A stretch of 64,000 nucleotides of DNA from a candidate division WOR-3 bacterium (lineage in GTDB: Bacteria; Hydrothermota; Hydrothermia; B15-G9; WFZT01), in assembly GCA_027053075.1 (NCBI GenBank), contig JALUEE010000090.1, forward strand, positions 10,392 to 74,391. The letters run 5' to 3'. The notes under the pieces are model-generated. The model saw nothing but the letters and a program-made list of their open reading frames with translations, ran no database searches and had not been told where the DNA came from. Shown in pieces: positions 58,922-64,000 of the stretch (positions are counted from its first letter, which is position 1; every line of letters starts with the position of its first letter). The position numbers were made by a program, and so were the translations under genes.

Positions 58922-60610
58922 TCAAGAAGACGGGAACTCAAATCCCCTTTTGAAAACTTCTATGCAGGCATCCACAACGTCCCTGTCGTATAGCGTCCCC
59001 CTGTTCTTTTTGATCTCATCGAGGGCAACCGAAATGCCAAGAGCAGGCCTGTATGGTCTGTGGGAGCTTATAGCCTCGACTACATCGGCTACGGCAATTA
59101 TCCTTGCCTCAATAAGAATGTCTCCGTCTTTCAGCCCCTGAGGATACCCTGATCCATCCAACCTCTCATGGTGCTGAAGAACGATAGTAGCTACTGGCCA
59201 GGGGAATTCTATCTTTTTAAGAATTTGATAGCCGGTAACTGGATGATGTTTAACGAGCATGTATTCAACCTCGGTGAGTCGAGTGGGCTTTGTCAGTATA
59301 TCTGATGGGATAGCAATTTTGCCAATATCATGTAATAATCCAGCGATTCTCAAGGCTTTAATTCTGTTCTCAAGGCCCATTTCTTTTGCAATCTCAACAG
59401 CGAGCTGGGTTACCCTCCTCTGGTGTCCTGCAGTGTAGAGGTCTCTTACCTCCACAGCTGAGCTTAATGCCATCACAGTGGAATCAAAGAGTTTCTCCAT
59501 CTTCCTCAGATTCTCGAGTAGCGAAGCTTCAAGATTTTTCAGCTCAGTTATGTCCTGTAGACTACCTTCAATATACACTTTCCCGTGCTCGTCTTTCCTT
59601 ATTCTTGAAGTATCCTTTAGCCAGATTATTCTGCCGTCCTTTCGCCTCATCCTGAATTCTCGCTCCACACTCCCTTTCTTTAATAACTCTTTAAGCCATT
59701 TTTCTCTTTCAGCTTTGTCAACATAAAAGTCCGAGGCCTTCCTGACTTTTAGTTCTTCCTGTGAGTAACCAAGTATCAAGGATGACTGTGGATTAAAGTT
59801 GACAATATCCCCTTCAGGTGTTGTAGTATAGAGACCTACAGGCACATGCTCAAAGAGAGACCTGTATTTTGATTCGGACTTCTCAAGCTTCTTATAGGCC
59901 TTTCTTATCTCCGTGATATCACGTACAACCAGGACGACTCCTCGATAACGCATGTTTAGCATGATAGGTGACTGTTTTACATGAAAATATCTTGTTTTAC
60001 CTTCTATTCTGAGCTCAACCTCGTACTCTGCAATTTTCCCCTTTTGGTTCTCTTCAAGTGCCTTATAAAATCTGTTAGAGAATTTCTCTGGCAGAATGTC
60101 TTCAGGTTTCTTACCCACAAGCGTTTGGGTTTTGAGAGAACCAAATCCGTAGGGATTATTGGCAAATATAACCCTTCCATGTTCGTTCATAAGAAAAACA
60201 AAATCACCGATGGAATTTAAGAAAATGTGCATAATGGCTTCGATTTCTTTTTCAGTAAATCCAAGTCCATAGACCATCTCATTAACATATCCAGTGACTA
60301 TATGGTCTTCCTTATCCCTAGTTTTGCTCGTAACTACATTAATAAAAATCTCTTCTCCATTTTTCCTTAATGCTTTGAAAGTGCAGCTCTGAAAACCAGG
60401 CTTTTGCATCTCTGTAAGCACTGCGTTTTTCCACGATGGATGTATGAGAGATTCAAAGCCAACATTTAGCAACTCTTCCTTTGAATATCCGAAGATTCTT
60501 GAGAAAGAGGAGCTAACATAGGTGAACCTCTCGTTCTTGACCTGGAATATTCCGTACCCTGACTCATCAGCGAGGTGTACGAGAATATCCGTTATTTCTC
60601 CATTACTCAT
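58922..60610 (-). CDS. three-PAS HD-GYP phosphodiesterase
   Basis: LLHDIGKIAIP...HHERLDGSGYPQGL is the HD-GYP motif. Three PAS-like blocks precede it. Confidence 0.8.
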   Translation of the reverse strand: MSNGEITDILVHLADESGYGIFQVKNERFTYVSSSFSRIFGYSKEELLNVGFESLIHPSWKNAVLTEMQKPGFQSCTFKALRKNGEEIFINVVTSKTRDKEDHIVTGYVNEMVYGLGFTEKEIEAIMHIFLNSIGDFVFLMNEHGRVIFANNPYGFGSLKTQTLVGKKPEDILPEKFSNRFYKALEENQKGKIAEYEVELRIEGKTRYFHVKQSPIMLNMRYRGVVLVVRDITEIRKAYKKLEKSESKYRSLFEHVPVGLYTTTPEGDIVNFNPQSSLILGYSQEELKVRKASDFYVDKAEREKWLKELLKKGSVEREFRMRRKDGRIIWLKDTSRIRKDEHGKVYIEGSLQDITELKNLEASLLENLRKMEKLFDSTVMALSSAVEVRDLYTAGHQRRVTQLAVEIAKEMGLENRIKALRIAGLLHDIGKIAIPSDILTKPTRLTEVEYMLVKHHPVTGYQILKKIEFPWPVATIVLQHHERLDGSGYPQGLKDGDILIEARIIAVADVVEAISSHRPYRPALGISVALDEIKKNRGTLYDRDVVDACIEVFKRGFEFPSS

Positions 60611-60799
60611 GATTTTTACTCCCGGGAACCTTTTACGGACCTTTTAAATTAACCCTCCGTGAGATTAATTTCACGTAAGTATTAGGTCAATGGTAACTTT
60701 GATTCGAGCGCAAGTCAAGGACAATGCCTGCCTGGTCTGATACTGGCCCATGTGAGAGATTGAGTCCGGTAAGTGAAGGATTAATTTATCAGAAACAAT

Positions 60800-61972
60800 T
60801 TAGGTCAATTCAGACATTATAGATATGTATTTACTGGCTACATCTTCTGGAGCGAATTCCCTTGCGTGAGCGAAGGCGTTTCTGGACATTTTCCAGAGTT
60901 CACTCTCAGAGAGGCCCAGAATGGCCTTTTTTAAACCATCTTGGCTGTCGATATCAAAAACAATACCTGTTTCTTTATGCTTTACGAGCTCTGGAAGGCC
61001 GCCTCTATTCGAGGCTATAACAGGTATTCCGTATGCATTTGCCTCGTGAACAACGGTTGGAGAGGAGTCGTTACACAGGGACGGTACCACGAGCACGTCA
61101 ATCTGGGAGTAAAAACTTGTGGCATCAACCCATCCGAGGAATTTAATATTTCCCCTTTTGACAAGTGAGTTAAGAAATTTCCCGTATTCTGACGTATAAG
61201 GACTTCCGGCGATGAGCAACGGGGCGTCAATTTCGTTGAAGGTTTTAATTGCTACTTCAATACCTTTAGATGGGTGGAGTTTTCCGATAAATCCAAAGGT
61301 GGGATTCTTGAAGTCTTTCTCGATGTGCTCGGGGAAGGGTACTATAACCGGGTTGTAAATGACAGAGAATGGAGTGTCTGTGAAAAATCCGAGATTCTGG
61401 TGTCTTGTGATGATATATCTACTTGTACCCACTACAAAATCGATATAATTGATAAACTTTTTCTTCAATGCAGCGTATATACTGCATGTCGTGCAAATCT
61501 TTTCACAGTTCTTCATGTTTTTAAACATGGTGGCTTTAACACACATGAAACTGTGATCATGGAGGGTATGGACAACCTTGAAACTTCTAAACTCCTTCAG
61601 CACTCCAAAAGACAGTTCGCTTAAGTTGTGGGTGTGGATGATATCGGGTTTTTCAGACGATAATATATCTTTTACCTTCCCCCGGACAAGGGGGTTGTTT
61701 ACGTTGATAAGATGCCAAAGAGGGCGAATAACGGGAGATTTGGACGAGGAATCTTTTCCCCGGTAAATATTTCTGTTGTGAAGTCTGTAAACCCTTATCC
61801 CTTCTATTTCCTCAATTGAGTCTCTGGCTCCGGAAGTAATGACAAAAACCTGATGTCCTAGTTTACGGTAAGTCTCGGTAAGCTTTTTCACTACCATCTC
61901 CGCGCCACCAATTGATTCCGGATAGTAGTATGAATTTACAACCGCAATCTTAAATTTTTTTGAAGAATTCAT
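60800..61972 (-). CDS. GT4-family glycosyltransferase
   Basis: KIAVVNSYYYPESIGGAEMVV N-terminus and the EX7E-type C-terminal region (GLPELV...ETG). Confidence 0.8.
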   Translation of the reverse strand: MNSSKKFKIAVVNSYYYPESIGGAEMVVKKLTETYRKLGHQVFVITSGARDSIEEIEGIRVYRLHNRNIYRGKDSSSKSPVIRPLWHLINVNNPLVRGKVKDILSSEKPDIIHTHNLSELSFGVLKEFRSFKVVHTLHDHSFMCVKATMFKNMKNCEKICTTCSIYAALKKKFINYIDFVVGTSRYIITRHQNLGFFTDTPFSVIYNPVIVPFPEHIEKDFKNPTFGFIGKLHPSKGIEVAIKTFNEIDAPLLIAGSPYTSEYGKFLNSLVKRGNIKFLGWVDATSFYSQIDVLVVPSLCNDSSPTVVHEANAYGIPVIASNRGGLPELVKHKETGIVFDIDSQDGLKKAILGLSESELWKMSRNAFAHAREFAPEDVASKYISIMSELT

Positions 61973-63170
61973 ATATTCTCCTCGCTGCCTCGCCATCCCG
62001 AAATTTATAAATACGTGTCACAAACCTATCTCGTGCCTCTTTAAAAGGGTCATTGCCCGATAGATGGTCTTCAATGTGTTTAATTAGCGAAGGAAAGTCA
62101 CGTGCTTTCTCGCCAGGCGTGAAATCTTCATATTTGAAATACATGTCACGGTTTTTTGAAAGATATTCCTCGAGGTCATATGGGTAAAAGATAACAGGCC
62201 TGTTAAGGATCAGGAAATCGAGGTATATCGAAGAATAATCGGTGATTAAAACGTCAATTAGTAGAAGAAGTGGATAGAAATCAAATGTCTGCTCCACGAA
62301 GACTATATTTGAATAATTCCTATCCGGTTTAAAAGGTGTGTAGGGATGGGGTTTGATGATCAAATAAGCTCCATAATTTTTGAACACCCGGTTTAGCTGG
62401 TCAAGGTCAAGAAAATCAATAGGATTCTCTCCGCTCTCTCTAAAAGTCGGAAAATATGCAAACAATTTTTTCCCTGAAGTTTTAAGCTCCTTCAGCCTTT
62501 TGTAAATTTCTTCTGAGGAGCCGATAAACATCCCGCGGATTTTCTTAAAGAGTACATCGTTTCGTGGATATCCAGTAATAATCACGTGATCTTCAGGGAT
62601 ACCGAGTCCACTTGAAAGACCTTTTACGAAGATTTCTGAGGTGGCTATTGTGTAATCCCATTTCTCAAAGGTCCAGGGTCTGAAGATTTTTAAGATCAGC
62701 CTTTTTATAGGGTTTGGCGTATTCCTCATGTCATTTTTGTCATCATTCGCAATCCTCTTAAGTGGCAGACCATGCCAGAGATTGACCTTAATGCTTCCAC
62801 CTGCAAACCAGTAGTTGAGGTCCTGAGTGCAATAATCAAAAAAAGTAAATTTTGCACGCAGAAGCTTTAGAATCCCTTTCAAAGAGTTGGAATGATAGAC
62901 CTGAAAGCCAAGAGCCCTTAGTTTTTTTAAAACATCTTTGTTTTCGGTTATCCAGATCGTTTCTATATCCTTTCTCTCCTGTAATTCAAGAAAAAGGTAT
63001 TTGGGATTTCCGGAAAATGTTTGTGCTCCAAAACTTCCAAATGCCCATAAATTCTGGTCTTTTGGAATGAACTTACTGAATATGCGAAAAAAATGCATGA
63101 AAGGCCTGAGAAGTATGCGAATTTTCTTCTCCCTGAAGATTTTCTCGAAAAACGAAGCTATTATGGACAT
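61950..63170 (-). CDS. CDP-glycerol glycerophosphotransferase (TagB/TagF family)
   Basis: GNPKYLFLEL...WHGLPLKRI...TDYSSIYLDF matches the TagF catalytic-domain pattern; 406 aa. Confidence 0.75.
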   Translation of the reverse strand: MSIIASFFEKIFREKKIRILLRPFMHFFRIFSKFIPKDQNLWAFGSFGAQTFSGNPKYLFLELQERKDIETIWITENKDVLKKLRALGFQVYHSNSLKGILKLLRAKFTFFDYCTQDLNYWFAGGSIKVNLWHGLPLKRIANDDKNDMRNTPNPIKRLILKIFRPWTFEKWDYTIATSEIFVKGLSSGLGIPEDHVIITGYPRNDVLFKKIRGMFIGSSEEIYKRLKELKTSGKKLFAYFPTFRESGENPIDFLDLDQLNRVFKNYGAYLIIKPHPYTPFKPDRNYSNIVFVEQTFDFYPLLLLIDVLITDYSSIYLDFLILNRPVIFYPYDLEEYLSKNRDMYFKYEDFTPGEKARDFPSLIKHIEDHLSGNDPFKEARDRFVTRIYKFRDGEAARRIYEFFKKI

Positions 63171-63380
63171 GGTGTTTTATTTAAAAGGAATTGGGGAAGT
63201 TATTCAATGGCAGATTTAGAGTCGGTGAGGTGAGATGAAAGATTAAAAAAGTTGGGAGCTCTCATCATATCACCCACTAATTCTTGGATTAGAAGGAATT
63301 CATGTTCCCGCGGGCTCACAACCTGTTGACATTACTAATTTGAGGCAGGGAAAATAAAGTAAACCCGAAGGAGACTCTTT

Positions 63381-64000
63381 ATGAGAGATATTGCCTTTGA
63401 AATTTCGGAATATATCAGCTCAGTAAAATTCGAGGATATCCCTGAAGAAACTCTGCACAATGTAAAGCTTTTCATTTTTGACACCATAGGAGTTGGAATT
63501 GCTGGACATAGAGCGCCAGGTGTCAGGCCTCTCTATGAGCTTCTCTCTCAACTCGGTGGTAGTAGAGATTCTACCGTTTTAAAGTTTCGTACCCGGCTTC
63601 CTGCCCCTTCAGCTACACTCCTAAACAGTACCATGATACATGCTTATGATTTTGACGATACCTTCGATGAGGGAGCACTTCATACCTACGTCTCTATACT
63701 CCCTTCCGTGCTATCACTTGCCGAATGGTCAGGAAACACTGGAGGTAAAGAAATTCTCACGGCTACCACGCTGGGTGTGGACCTTATCGTCAGGCTTTCT
63801 CTTGGAATAAAGACACCACTCTCGTGGATAAGAACAGCCACACTTGGCTCCTTTGGCGCAGCTGCCGCTTCCGCAAAAATCCTTGGATTCGGGAAAGATA
63901 AGACTCACAGGGCACTCGGTGTTGTTTATAGCATGACTTCCGGCAATGCTCAGACGCTTATTGACGGCGGGCTCACCAAAAGGATGCAGCCAGGATTCAG
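63381..64000 (+). CDS. MmgE/PrpD-family protein (2-methylcitrate dehydratase-like), 3'-truncated by the window end
   Basis: MRDIAFEISEYISSVKFEDIPEETLHNVKLFIFDTIGVGIAG is the MmgE/PrpD N-terminus. AAGGAG RBS at 63368. Confidence 0.7.
   Translation, partial: MRDIAFEISEYISSVKFEDIPEETLHNVKLFIFDTIGVGIAGHRAPGVRPLYELLSQLGGSRDSTVLKFRTRLPAPSATLLNSTMIHAYDFDDTFDEGALHTYVSILPSVLSLAEWSGNTGGKEILTATTLGVDLIVRLSLGIKTPLSWIRTATLGSFGAAAASAKILGFGKDKTHRALGVVYSMTSGNAQTLIDGGLTKRMQPGF

Overview
A 64-kb chromosomal segment from what looks like an uncultivated diderm, probably anaerobic, FCB-group-like bacterium. Lnt, TatC, a T9SS-type C-terminal sorting domain, a 2-hydroxyacyl-CoA dehydratase/activase set and several radical SAM enzymes point that way. 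Most genes are tightly packed housekeeping genes, often with ATGA or GTG stop/start overlaps: mdh, a split nadE, coaBC-rpoZ, pyk, cobB, queG, rsmI, tyrA-pheA-aroH, fba, guaB, tatC, lnt, dnaB, cysS, and the jag-yidC-yidD-rnpA-rpmH cluster with tRNA-Val upstream. tRNA-Glu and tRNA-Gln lie downstream of guaB. No transposase, integrase, phage gene or CRISPR array was seen. The most interesting content is: (1) an archaeal-type sn-glycerol-1-phosphate dehydrogenase (EgsA/AraM motifs) translationally coupled to a LicC-like cytidylyltransferase and a Wzx-type flippase, with a GT4 plus TagF-like glycerophosphotransferase pair 28 kb away; (2) rsmI-CDP-alcohol phosphatidyltransferase-inositol-1-phosphate synthase; (3) a fully overlapped acyl-CoA ligase / HgdB-like / HgdA-like / activase operon; (4) a 916-aa T9SS cargo made of tandem ExeM-type OB-fold domains with no catalytic domain; (5) a mosaic repeat family of GC-rich CCCTCC...GGAGGG palindromes plus conserved AT-rich blocks in at least seven intergenic regions; (6) a methyltransferase / NifX-like / radical SAM cassette with a coupled 54-aa ORF. 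All calls rest on motif reading of the supplied translations; no database search was run.
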